Below are positions 49,288 to 61,788 of a stretch of DNA of 64,000 nt, one piece after another (the first letter of the stretch is position 1; every line of letters begins with the position of its first letter). A program made the position numbers and the translations under genes. The stretch spans positions 806,001-870,000 of the forward strand of contig NW_026515668.1 of NCBI RefSeq assembly GCF_025526975.1, given 5' to 3'. Source of the DNA: Fimicolochytrium jonesii (Eukaryota). The notes under the pieces were generated by a model, which was not told the origin of the DNA, ran no database searches, and was given only the letters and a program-made list of their open reading frames with translations.

Positions 49288-50687
49288 TCACCGCCCAAGA
49301 AGATTCATCGTCGCCTCATACGCCACGAACGTCGCGGCGTTCACAGGGGCCGCTCGGAGCATGCACGGTCCGAATCCTACACCATTCCCAAAACCATCAG
49401 GTTAAGCAACATCACCCCCTCACCGAGTGCTCGTTCCAGTCGCACAACTCACCTCGATACAACCCCCTAACGCCCTCCTGCGCGATCGTCCGCCTCGCAC
49501 AATCCCACATGCCCCTCCACTTCGCCTCCTTGCCAAACCCATCCACCTGCAACATACTCTTGACGACATCCACGGGGTACACACTCAACCAGAGCGCGTA
49601 CCCGCTCCCGGCGCCATACGCGCACTGCTTCCACATCTCGACCTCGCTGCGCTTCTTGTTGTGGTTTATCATCTCCCGCTGCATGAGGTACTCGTAGGTG
49701 GCAAAGTAGGCGCCGTAGCCGACGAACTCGCGGATGAGGGTGACGTGCTGGGCTTTGTAGAGGCCGCGCAGGCCGTGGGTGGTGTAGATCTTGCGGGTGA
49801 CGTCCCACGGGCCGGTGTACATGACGGTCCCGGGGGTGGGGTTCTTGGATTGGACTTGGAGACGGGTGCGGATGTGTTCGATGGGGCCGGAGAGGATGGA
49901 GTTTGCGAGGCCGGAGAAGGCGCCGGAGAGGAAGAGTTGCGGGAAGGAGAGGTGCGAGGGGTGGGAGGAGTGGGAGGAGTTGTAGAGTGTGAAGGAGCGT
50001 TTGGCGTACTCGAGGGCGCCGAATTGGATGGCGACGCAAGCGCCGACCCCGAGGAGGGGGGTTAGGGTGCCTTTATAGAAGCCGGTGAAGCCTGTTTTTC
50101 CACATGACGTTGCGGGATGGTTAGTCTGGTGATGACTGGATGAGAAATTGAGACGTTGGGAAGACAGTACCCTCGTTTTTGAGGGTTTGACGCACGCAGT
50201 CGCCCATCCCGGTGTAGGTTGGGTTCTCGCGCGGCTGCGTCTGTAACCGCACTTTGACCGTGTCGAAGGGCTGTCCTAGTCAATCAATTGGGCGCGGTGG
50301 TTAGCATTCTGGTCGATGGACCGTTGAATGATGATGAATGAAATGATACCCTGCTCACTAACGCTCGCGACAAGGATGTTGGGCGAAAGAGGAATGATGC
50401 AAGAAAGACCTCGGCTCCCTGACGCTCGCCCATTCCTCAAGTATTCTTGCGCCTCGCTTCGCTCGGACTCTGGCACGCTCCTCAAGCAAGTTCACACTTC
50501 CATCACGATTTCACACCTGCCACATCCCCATGCCCATCCCCCCCTAATTCCATCCCATGTTCATCCCTACCTGACCAGTCAACACCTGCGTCCACCCCGC
50601 AACAGTCCCCGCAAACAGCTCTTTTGCAGTCTTGAGCGAGTCCTCTGTGGGCAAGTGGTTTAGGGGGAGGTGTGTGTCTGTTGCCAT
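49288..50687 (-). CDS. YMC1: mitochondrial carrier, Ymc1/carnitine-carrier-like
   Basis: Three carrier motifs ([26 protein letters not shown]); [27 protein letters not shown]. Confidence 0.88.
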
Positions 50688-51166
50688 CTTGCGGGAAGTG
50701 TTCGATTGTGCGAAAAGCGAATAAGCGGGACGATGGAGAGGGCGGGGTGGGGGAGGGTGGAGGCGAGAGAGAGGGACGAGGGCGTGAGGGAGGGAGCGGT
50801 TGAAGAGTCCTTGGGGGGGGGAGGGGGAGGGGTGGCCGTGGAATACACTAATGCAAGGCTGGACAGCGAGAAAAACGAGAGAGGATGTGGAGCGGATGGA
50901 AGGCGATGCATGACTCACTCCTATTAGGCTCACGCGCGGATCTCGCATCTCGAAGTCCCATGGCCCGCGTGTGTTAGTAACCGCGACATATTGTTGGAAG
51001 ACATGGTGTTCGCATTGCGCCCTCGAAAATACAGAGTTTATCCTCCCTTCCCAGAAGCTCGTGTCAACAAACACCTCTTCTGCTCTTGCTGAAATTCCCA
51101 CGCTCGGCGCTTCCCTCAACCAACTTGTTACTTACTCAATCCAACTACGAAATACCCCCCAACACA

Positions 51167-53153
51167 ATGTTCACCAGGACAGGTCTCAGGCTCGCAACAC
51201 TCGCTCGGCCCGCACTCAGCGCTGCCGCACTGAAGCCACGCGCTGTATGTAAAGCACTCACCCGATCATATTATGCATTATCTTCCGCTTCCATTGCAAT
51301 TTCCCACGAATTGAATGTGATACCGTTTTTTAGGTCGCAGCACGTGCTTTCGCTTCAGGGGCAGCTGATGGGGTATCGGCAGGGATTGGGTTTGGGTTGA
51401 ACGAGGAGCAGAGGGAGTTGCAGGAATTGGCCAGGAAGTTTACGCTGAACGAGATTATTCCGAAGGTATGCGAGCGAAGCGAGCCATGGTGGTTGTTTGC
51501 GGCGGGCGATCGTGATGGTGGCTGTCTGCAACGAGGGCGAAGCGAAGTGAACGGCTGGTTGGGTTTGGGGAGATGGGTAGATGGACAAGAGCGAACGCCA
51601 TTTGGTTTTGCGATGTGAGCTCGGGCGATAGCGAGCCATACTGCGCCTTTGGCGCATAATCCCCTCACCGTTCGACGGTTGATGGGTGATGGTTGATGGT
51701 TGATGGTTGGGTTGATGGGTTGATGATCGCTGCGCTCATCCATGGCAATGAGGCGTGGGAAAATAATTGAAACTTACACTTCCTCTACGCGTAGGCCGCC
51801 CACCACGACAGGACCGGCGAATACCCAACAGAGATCCTAAAGAAGATCTGGGAGGTCGGACTTCTGAACCTCCACATTCCCGAGACCTACGGCGGTCTCG
51901 GCTTGGGCGTGTTGGACTGCGCTATCGTGACAGAAGAGCTCGCCTACGGATGCACGGGTATCCAGACCGCGGCTGAGGCGAACGGTCTCGCTCAGGCCCC
52001 CGTTATCCTTGCTGGAAACGACGCGCAAAAGAAGAAGTACCTGGGCCGTATGACCGAGGAGCCCCTTATGTGCGCTTACGGTGTTACTGAGCCTGGCGCT
52101 GGATCTGATGTCGCTGGGCTGCAGACGCGGGCTGTCAAGAAGGGTGACAAGTGGATTATCAACGGTGGGTAAACCATTCAGATTTCTAAGCAGTTCCGGA
52201 AAATCTGTCCACTGAACATACCCCTCGCGTCAAAAAGGAAGCAAAATGTGGATCACCAACGGCGGCAAAGCCAACTGGTACTTTGTCCTCGCCCGCACCG
52301 ACGAAAAAGCCTCTACGGGCAAAGCCTTCACCGGTTTCATCGTCGACGGCAATTCGCCCGGGATCACCATCGGCAAGAAGGAAATCAACATGGGTCAACG
52401 CGCCTCCGACACCCGCGGTCTGACGTTCGAGGACGTCGAGGTCCCTGTTGAGAATGTATTGGGAGAGGTCGGCGCGGGGTTCAAGATTGCGATGGGGGCT
52501 TTTGATATTACGAGGCCGTTGGTTGCTGCTGGGGCTGTGGGGCTTGCCAGGCGTGCGTTGGATGAGGCTGCTAAATACTCCCTTGGTAAGTTTCCATCTC
52601 TCATGAGTGCAGTCGACAGGGACTTCTGTCTCTGCGAGGCTAGCTCCTTCAAGAAGTTTCGACACCCGTCACCGATCCTTTCTTCATCTCACACTCTCCT
52701 TCTCCCCCCGCATAGAACGCAAAACAATGGGCAAGCCCATCGCCACCCACCAAGCCGTCGCCTTCATGCTCGCCGACATGGCCATGGGCGTCGAAGCCTC
52801 CCGCAACATGACCTGGAAAGCTGCATGGCTGCGCGACCAAGGCCACAAAAACACCTACTGGGCATCCATGGCCAAGGCGTTCGCGTCCGAGGTGGCTAAT
52901 AAGAACGCGGCGGATGCGGTGCAGATCTTTGGAGGAAATGGGTTCAATTCGGAGTATCCAGTTGAGAAACTTATGCGGTGGGTGGTCTTGCTGTGTCTCT
53001 ATTGTGTATCTCGCGAATGTTGTATCTGATGTCTTTTCGACCGACAGTGACGCCAAAATCTTCATGATCTACGAAGGCACGTCCCAAGTACAACGCCTTG
53101 TCATCTCCCGGACCGTGCTGGACGCCGCAAAGGCCGGCGATGTGTACATCTAG
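51167..53153 (+). CDS. ACADM: medium-chain acyl-CoA dehydrogenase, mitochondrial
   Basis: [66 protein letters not shown]. Confidence 0.95.
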
Positions 53154-53733
53154 AGAGACAATACTCCCACACACAACGTCTATCCAGCCGAAATTACTCA
53201 TAATTCGATGCCGCGGAAGAGGGGATAGGGCATGGGCTTCACATCATAGACCGGCCCTCCGATAGAGATCGTGAAACGGCGAGTGACTTCCATTTTCCCG
53301 TCTGAGCTCCCCACCCAGCCCTTCAACTTTCCTCCGAAACCCAAGAAGGACAGATTCCCTCGGCCCCGTACTGTTACCCCTTCCCAAATATACTTTCGTT
53401 TTTGATCTGCGACGGAAGGGCTTCTAAAACAGTGAAGCGTTGTCCCCAGTTGTTTCGTGAACTGCATACTCATCGTCACCGAGAATCCGCTTGGATGTAA
53501 GGCCTTCCCGTCAACCCATTTCCTCAAACGGTGGTGTGGTTAAGTCTCACACAGTATGTCCTCGTAGGGGTTTCTACGTAGTCGGAGGCAGAGCTTGTGA
53601 TCCAGCAGAACGGTGCTGAAAACTCCTCGATGGGGTTCAGATACTTCTACATCGGGAACCTGGTCGTGAACTCCGAGAATGGGGGACAATACCCATACTG
53701 CTTGTGGGGTGTCGGCCACCTGGCGCGTGCGCG

Positions 53734-53952
53734 TGCCAGGGAACATAAAGCTGTAACCCCCGCCGAGCAAGTCAGTGTCGGCCATCTGGCGCGTCTTGCA
53801 CCGTGTCTCGGATCTGAAAGCCATTGGCATTCTGGCCTGGCCTGGCCTGCCGCTGGCCAGGCTGGTCAGGCTGGCCCGCTGCACGGCGCGTCTCTTGTGA
53901 CACGGACACTCAATTCCATTAAGAGGTGGGTATAGCTTTATGTTCCCTGGCA
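53734..53952. mobile_element. ~220-bp MITE-like element with 19-bp perfect inverted termini
   Basis: TGCCAGGGAACATAAAGCT at 53734-53752 and its reverse complement at 53934-53952; target-site duplication unclear (GCG on both sides). Confidence 0.6.
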
Positions 53953-54586
53953 GCGAGTGCATGCGTGGTCGCCCGCGAACATGTGTCGGGGCCCTGTTTG
54001 GGACATGTTAGGGTTAGGACAGCGACCCTGCAACGACCAACACCGCATCTGTGACATAACAGACCTCGACGTAAAGAGTTGAACGGCTGACTGATGGAAG
54101 TCTCTCAACTGACTTATGAGTCCAAAAACGTTTTATTCCGTATCACCTATTTACTGCCATCTTCATCGGGCAGAACGTCAGAAAGATATACACGTCAAGC
54201 GGTACAATGAAAGTGGGCGTGGATGGCCGGCCCCCTTTGAAGCCAACTATGCTGGCAACCGACGTCTTGTATGCCCCAGCCTGTCTACTCCGATCGTAAT
54301 TGAACGACTTCACAGGAAAGAGTCGACTCCGCTGCGTTGATGTCACGCGTAGATTTGGGGTCCCGGGGACACGTGCCCCATCCGAAAATCGTGCGCGCAA
54401 GTCAAGCATCGGAGACCGTGCCAAAAAGGTTCAGATGTCTCGTCAGTGGTTTCTCGCCGCTTTGCAGATGACCACGATATCGATGAACGCCAAGCATGCC
54501 TGAAGACAACTACGTATTATTGTTTCTTCGCGCTTTATGTGACGCGTGCTTGGCGCGCGTGCTAGAATGGAGCACGCTAGCGCTCC

Positions 54587-56743
54587 TCAATCGTAGAGTG
54601 CTTTGGTTTCACCCAGCAAACTTCCGCCGCCAGTCCACAACGAGTTGTCCAGATCACGCTGTTTCTGGATTTGCGTGAGGACCTACTCATTAGAGGCATT
54701 AGTTGTGGAACCGGCAAGCCAAACTGAGTGCTGAACACTGCATACCATTATGAACCCGGCACTCGCGATGGCGCTTATTAGAAAGATGACGTCAAACCAA
54801 CGATGGTAGAAGTTGAACTCAATCTTGCCCAACACATCGGTTACAATTTTACGATGTTGTGGTGGAAGGCTCATTCGCAGCATGAGGACGGTACTCAGGA
54901 AGTACATTCCCATGACATGCGCGAGGAAAAGGACAATGTTGTTGGGCGAGAGTGATGAGGAAAACGCACGAAAAAACTATGAACAAAGTTGAGATGCGAC
55001 CCGGACTCACGTGAATCAAGTGAAACGATGGGACACACCTTCATGAACTGAATGAGGAGACCTCGAATGGAGCAAACGACAAGAATGCCAACAAATACAA
55101 AGGACAATTGCGGTGCCCAAAAAGTAATGTCGATGTCGAAACCGAACCAGTGCACCAAGACGTTTAACCCGTGCGTGACAGGGTCCGCCCCGCCGACGCG
55201 ATTGAATATGATGTTCAAAATAGACTTTTGGGGGACGAATTCAGTATGGGCTTCACGGGAATGTAAGGGCTTCATATAGCTTACCGCAAACACTTTCCAC
55301 AGGCAGTACCCCGAGAAGATGTATCCCATAGCGTTGAAATAATGTCCCTTCAAAGTTTGCGCATTTCGAATGCGGTCTCGTTCCATGTTCAGATCCTCCA
55401 AATCCAGGAAAAGCTGATGCATGACAGTTTCAAGGGCCTTTATTTCGTGCTTCAGAATGCTGATGTCTAAAATGTCATGCAAGACATGAATCAGTGACGA
55501 CAGTTCTCCTTTCCAGCTAATGAAGGGCGGCACACACTCGCTCACTTTCTTCCCCGTGTCGGAATCCGTTCGTCACTTTCGTGAACATATTCTTCATAAA
55601 CCCTCCCATCCCACTTTGTTGCCCTGCAAACTGTGTAACCTCGATGAGCTCCATCGCAACAAGAAAACATGGCACCAGAAGCTCACATCTTCTTGCCCGC
55701 GCAATCTGCGCTCAGCCAGCAGAAGCTTCTTCTTCTTGCCAAACAGCATATCCACTGTTTGTAGAAGTTTCTTCTCCGCCAGAGACACATCTGCTTCGGT
55801 GATCTTCCTGTCAGAACGATTCAGCGAATGATAACGTCGCAGCTACTCTTCGTGAGCCAGCTCACCTCAGAAAGAAGAACAGCGTCGTGTACGGACTATT
55901 TACAGCGCCGAAGCCTGAGAGAATGGCAATCATTGTCACTCCAATGACTCCCACCCGTCCCATCCCCGGTTCAATTCCGAAGTAAGCTGTACGAGATCGT
56001 CAAGTATAGCTTCAGTACACTATTTTCCATGGCAGGGAACCATCCGCCAAGGCTAACCACTCGTTCCGGGATCCCTCGCCGCGTTGATCGGGAACTGATC
56101 TCCGATCTTCCAGAAGAAATACAGATATACAATCCAGCACAAAGATGCTAATGGCCACCGCCGCTGGCGCAACCATGCTGCAGACGCAAACGAGTTAGAC
56201 TGTGGAGACTGAATAAGGGAACAACATTGCTTCCATGTCCGTTGTCCGCAGTGTTACCTTTGTCTCGCTCCGCAAATAATATGTAGAATTGATAGAATGG
56301 TAGCAACACGATGACATTAAAAAGCATCCCATACAAAGTTATCTTCCAGTGGAGCCATCGCGATCTGCGGAATTTGGTTGGATGTGAGAATTCACAGCCA
56401 ATAATGCTTTGCTCCACCGGTTCCAACCCCAGCCAAAGTGCGGCGCCGTCGCATACCTCGCGTCCAAAACGTCGCCGATCTCGAAGATGATCATCTCGAA
56501 CAATGTGCAACAAGCGGCGAACGTGGCCGCGAAGACAACTCTGACAAGGCCTGTCCGTACTTCGTAGTCTTTGAACAGCTTCTCCATCACAAATACCCAG
56601 CCCACCCCGAAAAACAGAAGCTGGGAGCCAAAGACCACAAGCGTCGATTCTACAAGGTTGCTTGTGGAGCTTTTAGTTGCGTCGAGTGGCACGGGCGGCG
56701 GCGGCGTCAGACCGGCCGCCGTTTTCGAACCTACGATTGACAT
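54587..56743 (-). CDS. GPR89: Golgi pH regulator GPR89/GPHR
   Basis: LFKDYEV, CTLFEMIIFEI, FWKIGDQFP, RVGVIGVTMIAILSGFGAVN, DPVT, FYHRWFDVIFLISA. Confidence 0.94.
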
Positions 56744-57417
56744 CCTTGCTGTATTGGCATTCGCGTTTATTGCCTGTCAATTGCACCGGTGGGGTGGGTA
56801 ATTGGGAGGACAGTCAACTCGTATACGTGGCGGAAAGCTAGGCTATATACATAGATACTGCACAACGCACAGACAAATGAGTGAGGGAGTCTGGGTGCTC
56901 CTTCCCGGGTCTGCTGTGTGGTGAAGATGGAGATTGGAACTTTGAACGGGATCGACGGAGGTTGGGAAAGTTCCCCCCTATGGGAACAAGGGCTTTCTCA
57001 GAGTTCGAATATTACATACACTGCGGGTGTGGCCTTGGAACATTACACTTGCTCCTCCGAGAAACAACGCACCGGTAGCCAATAGATTCCATTCTCACTC
57101 TGTCGCTTATCACCCTCGTTCTCACATAACTTAGAGAGGGGACACTCTCGCGCGCGCCTTTGGAGCCCTGGGCCGCCGCGAGAAGAAAAACCTGAGAACG
57201 TTTGGTGTCGGGCACTTTCTCTTTCATTGTCTGGCCAGGGCCGGCCAGAAGTGCGGTACCGGATATTCGGTACACTTTGACGGGATATGGTGAGCGATAT
57301 CGTATATGGTGAACGTCAATTTGAAGAGACGATATGGGTAAATACGATACACTTGGCGCGAGATACCGACTCGTACCATTGACTACATCGCTTTGTCATT
57401 CAATCTACCTCTATTCC

Positions 57418-59319
57418 TCACTCGCCACCCCCTCGTTTCCCACCCTGACCCCCTGTCTTCCACCCCCTTGCCTTAACCAACCTCCTCGACGCCTCATCGA
57501 CCTCCAACCCCGCCACCTCAAAGCACCCCAGTACCGCCTCCGCGCTATCTGCACACGGAATAGCGGCGTATCCTTTGAGGAGGGTACGGAGGGCGGTGGC
57601 GATGTGGGGTGGGGTGGTCGGGAGGTGTGCGATTGTGAGGATTTGGTGGAGGGTTGATAGGATTTGGGAAGGGGTTGGTGGTGGGTGAGGGATGGGGGGG
57701 ACCGCCGTCGTGCTCACGGCATCATTTGCGGTCTCGGGCACGGGTGTTTCGAGGGGGGTGGTGGTGGTGTCGTGGGTGGGTTCCCCATTCGGACCATCCT
57801 CCCCAGATCGCCAAGCCAACCGACGAAGATCTCCCATAGCAACCGCAACGTTTCTCGCTGTCCGAGAATTGACAAACCCGATTTTCCACCCCCCCCGCCT
57901 CGCACCCTCTTCATCCGCCCACTCGGCATCCACAGGACACCGTAACCCCCTCCACGCCAACACCGGATCCCGCACCCTCGCCGCCAACCCCGTCACATAC
58001 AACGCCGAGCGGTCCGTAGGCCGTATCCCAGCGCGGTCCATTTCGTCCAAAGTCGCACTCACTTTCGCAGGGTGTTCGGCGAGTGCGTACCCGCCGAGGA
58101 GGGAAATGTACGTCCGCGCGGTTGGCGGTATTGGGTGGGATGTTCTGAGACGGTCGAACCACCGTTCCATGTGGGGAATCTGCTTGGTGACGGCGTAGTA
58201 GGCGATGAGGTGGCGGTGGGTTGTTGTGTCCAGATCTGCGTTTGGTTGTGCTGCTGCGCTCTCGGCGTCTCGACGTTGCTGCTGCATGTGCGCGACCATC
58301 CCCTCCATCTCGTCCTGATGGTGTCCCAACGCACATCCCTTGATGAACGCATTACATAACTGCGTTGTTTGAGGGCGCGTCCAGACCATTCGTTTCGCAC
58401 CGGTCCCGGTTCCACCATAAATACTCACCCTCGCCTCGTCGAACCGTCCCGAACGCGCGAGACATTCCACCATCGATTCCCTGATACTGAAAAGGGATAG
58501 CTTGACCCCATGCAGATTCCTGGCCAACATCAACTTCTCCACGCCCTCGACGCTGCCTGCGCGGGTATAAGCGTCCAAAAATGCGCTGTAGACATCCACA
58601 TCCGGTGCATCTTGGCCAGACGCGGCAAAGTAGTCTTCCCACAGTGTATTGATCGCATGGAGGTGGTCGCGGGGCGTGAGATTAAGCGAGTGTGGGGTTT
58701 TCAGAACGCGCAGGAGGGTGCGGAAGTGGTGGTTTGTGCAATGGGAGACGTCGTTTGCCCTGCGGATGGAGAGATAGAGGGACCAGATTTTGCGAGCGGG
58801 TGGCGGGGTGGGATTTGTTAGAGCGGCATCGAGGGTGCGAAAGAGTTTTGGGTCGCGGAGGGTGCGGTATTTGCGGGTTTGGGGTCTGGCCCAGTGAGGG
58901 AGGTGGGCTGACGGGGTGGGTGGGGAGATTGATAATTGTTCGCTCTGTTGAGGAGCACCTGCCGGTGGTGGTTCCTGTCCATTCTCTCCCGCTTCTTTCG
59001 AATGAGCACTCTGCAAGATCGTTGGGTTCTTCGACTTTGAAGCGGACGTTGCGCTGCGTGAGTGCTCCGTTTCCCTGGCGCCAGAAGTTGAGAGGTCTCG
59101 GTCAGCTGCATTTCCGAGAGAGGATTCTTTGCGATCATCGTTTCCCCTTTCCCGTTCTAGCGTCGCAGCTAGCCGACCGGAATGGAAGCTCCGAAACGGA
59201 GACAACGAGCGGGAGCACGGCGGCCAATATATGATGGGGAGGCGTGCCGTCCTTGGAGGAGAAGCGGCTGCTGCTGCTATTGCAAGGTTGCGGAAGTGCC
59301 GCGTGTGATGGGCCCGCAT
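57418..59319 (-). CDS. pentatricopeptide-repeat protein, likely mitochondrial
   Basis: PPR-like units PDVDVYSAFLDAYTRAG and PTARTYISLLGGYA...EMDRAGIRP; start ATG inferred. Confidence 0.8.
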   Translation of the reverse strand: MRAHHTRHFRNLAIAAAAASPPRTARLPIIYWPPCSRSLSPFRSFHSGRLAATLERERGNDDRKESSLGNAADRDLSTSGARETEHSRSATSASKSKNPTILQSAHSKEAGENGQEPPPAGAPQQSEQLSISPPTPSAHLPHWARPQTRKYRTLRDPKLFRTLDAALTNPTPPPARKIWSLYLSIRRANDVSHCTNHHFRTLLRVLKTPHSLNLTPRDHLHAINTLWEDYFAASGQDAPDVDVYSAFLDAYTRAGSVEGVEKLMLARNLHGVKLSLFSIRESMVECLARSGRFDEARVSIYGGTGTGAKRMVWTRPQTTQLCNAFIKGCALGHHQDEMEGMVAHMQQQRRDAESAAAQPNADLDTTTHRHLIAYYAVTKQIPHMERWFDRLRTSHPIPPTARTYISLLGGYALAEHPAKVSATLDEMDRAGIRPTDRSALYVTGLAARVRDPVLAWRGLRCPVDAEWADEEGARRGGWKIGFVNSRTARNVAVAMGDLRRLAWRSGEDGPNGEPTHDTTTTPLETPVPETANDAVSTTAVPPIPHPPPTPSQILSTLHQILTIAHLPTTPPHIATALRTLLKGYAAIPCADSAEAVLGCFEVAGLEVDEASRRLVKARGWKTGGQGGKRGGGE

Positions 59320-59424
59320 TGCCGTTGGTGGGCAGCGAGCGAGTCGCCTCCGAGTCGCCTCCCCCTTCAGAAAACCCACCCATCATCCAGCCCAGCATCA
59401 CTCCTGAACACCGTATTCACTACA

Positions 59425-61346
59425 ATGACAACATCCACCTCCCACGAACCACTCTTCCCCCAGCACACTCAACATCATCAACAACACTCCCACGCAGAAG
59501 TCAACCTCCGCCGTCTCCTCGCGAGATTCGAAGCTAGTATTGCTAGGCCTAGGAAGTCCAATGGGAATGGGGTGGATGATTTGGAGGTGGATACCATCGT
59601 GTCTGCGGAGAGGAAGCATTATTCGGTAGGTGGGAATGAAGGGAACGAGAGGGTGGGTGATGGAGGGTGAGTGGGTGGGAGAAGGGAGGGAACGGTTGAT
59701 TCGCGGACTGCGGCGAGCGAAGCGCCGCGCAGAGATGCTCGAGGTTGGCGAGCGACAGCGAGCGCCAGTCACTTCTGACGATCGCTTCCATATTCTCGTT
59801 AAGCGGTCTTTGGAATTTTCCAGCCATCATCCTTGTCGAGCGGAGAGGGCAGGGGTAGCGTTCCTCCATCGCTCGAGCGTCGCTCGCGGAGTGTCGCTCA
59901 GTCAGAAAGCTCCAACCTCCCAACCACTCACTTCTTCGCGTTTGTCAACAAACAGAACCTAGCACACCTGCACAAACTCCTAACAGCAGTCGAAACCGAC
60001 CCAGCGCGGAAGAAAGACGACACCGTCCTCTGCAGCTACCGGCAGCGCGTGGAGCAGTTGGAGGCTGTGTTGGATAAGAGTCGGTTGGTGCGTACGAGTC
60101 TTCAACTATACTCTTTGATGATGGTGATGATGTCGCCACTGGCAGGTGCTAACTCCCCACAGATCTCATCAGTAGGCCGAACGGTCGCATCGCTACGAAA
60201 GTTGTCGGCGAGCGCGTCAGCTCAGGATAATGCTGAGCGCGTGGCTGCTGCGGAGAGGGTGCTGAAACTGCAGCGCGAGGCGGAGGATGAGCTCAGGGCG
60301 GAGTTGTTGGATGTACGTTGTGGGATACTTTGGAACGGGGTTATTGATGGCGTTGGGAGGGTCTGTCAGATTCACCTGCTGTGCCTCTGCTTTGACCTCA
60401 TTCGATGCAGAACACGCGCAAGGCCAACACTCCCACTGTGAATGGAAATGGGAACGGAGCAAAGACGCCGCCGTTGTCCACCGGAACTGGAGACGAAAGC
60501 TCGGTTCTCAACGATACGCGGGAAGGTAGAACGGCTTACAAAATGGGCCCGCTGTCTGAGATCGTAATCGTTGCTTACATTCGCAACCCCTATTGTAGAG
60601 CTCCTTTCAACGCCAAACAAACTGCGTCATCGCGGGTATGTTTCTGAATGCTCCCTGCCTTACGTCTCTCGTAGCTTATCCTTACTGCTTCACCCATTTA
60701 GTCCAAACATCCCCCCACCACCAACCGACACATTCTCCACCCCTCCGACCCCGCACCTCACCCCATCAAAACCACCACCACCCTCCAAACGCCCCACCAA
60801 AACCGCCTCCCACGACGACAGCGACTCATTCATCCTATCCGCAACAGACGCGAAAGTAAAACTCGACCGCGACCGCAAGGAACAACAACAAATGACGGAA
60901 GACATGCTCGTCATGTCCCAGCAACTCCGCATGAACGCGGGGGAATTTGGGGATCGGCTTAAACGAGACGCCGTGGTACATATCATCATACCATGTCATC
61001 CCTTCTTCTCTTTGTGTGTCGATACAACACATTGGATTAACACGCGATGTGTGATTTTTTCTAGATAATGAACGAAGCAACACACCTCCTCGATACAAAC
61101 CTCAGCACGCTCACCACCGCCTCCGCGCGCCTCGACACGCTCAACAAGACGGCACGGACTACCACGTGGATGGTCTGGGCGACTGTGCTGGTGGTCTGTC
61201 TGGTATTTGTTGGAACGGTGGGGGTTATGCGGGTTTTTGGGAAGCGGGAGGGTGGGGCGAGGAGGTTTGTGGCGCCGACTGTCGGGGCAGCCGTCGGAGG
61301 AGAGTTGAAGTTACTCGAGGAGGGGGAGGACGGGTGGTTTTGGTAG
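59425..61346 (+). CDS. USE1: ER Qc-SNARE Use1/Slt1
   Basis: EVNLRRLLARFE; SNARE coil EQQQMTEDMLVMSQQLRMNA...LDTNL; C-terminal TM segment. Confidence 0.85.
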
Positions 61347-61788
61347 AGGGCGCTTGTCGGCCCTGGCGCAAATTAAGGCTCATGCTGGGACATTGAGCAC
61401 TTCTTGGCTTCGGGGCATTGGCGGGTTACATTCGTTCAAGGTACGGAAGCACCCTGCGTGGTTGTGGGTGGGGGAGTTGCCGTAACTCACCGCACGTACC
61501 TTACGGGGCACCATATCACTTTTGGCAAAGTCTGATGGTTTGGCAGTCGTGTCTTCTGTATATAATGGGATCCCAGGCTGAGGGATTGTTACATAGCAAG
61601 ATTTTTATATCACTGGTGGGCTGACGACCTGGGGAGGGGCTGATGGTGAAGTGTTCGATGATACATACACCCAAAAAAAAAGGTTGCACATATCCTCTCT
61701 TACATCCATACGCTTCCCTGGGCTCCTCACTCACAGGGAGGGTTACGGTACACTAAATCAGCGGCCTGGAGGTTAGTTGTAGTTGTGT

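Noticed and set aside
53597..53710. B-lectin-like fragment (LVIQQNG..GNLVV..LW)
   Set aside because: Too short and interrupted, with no credible gene model.
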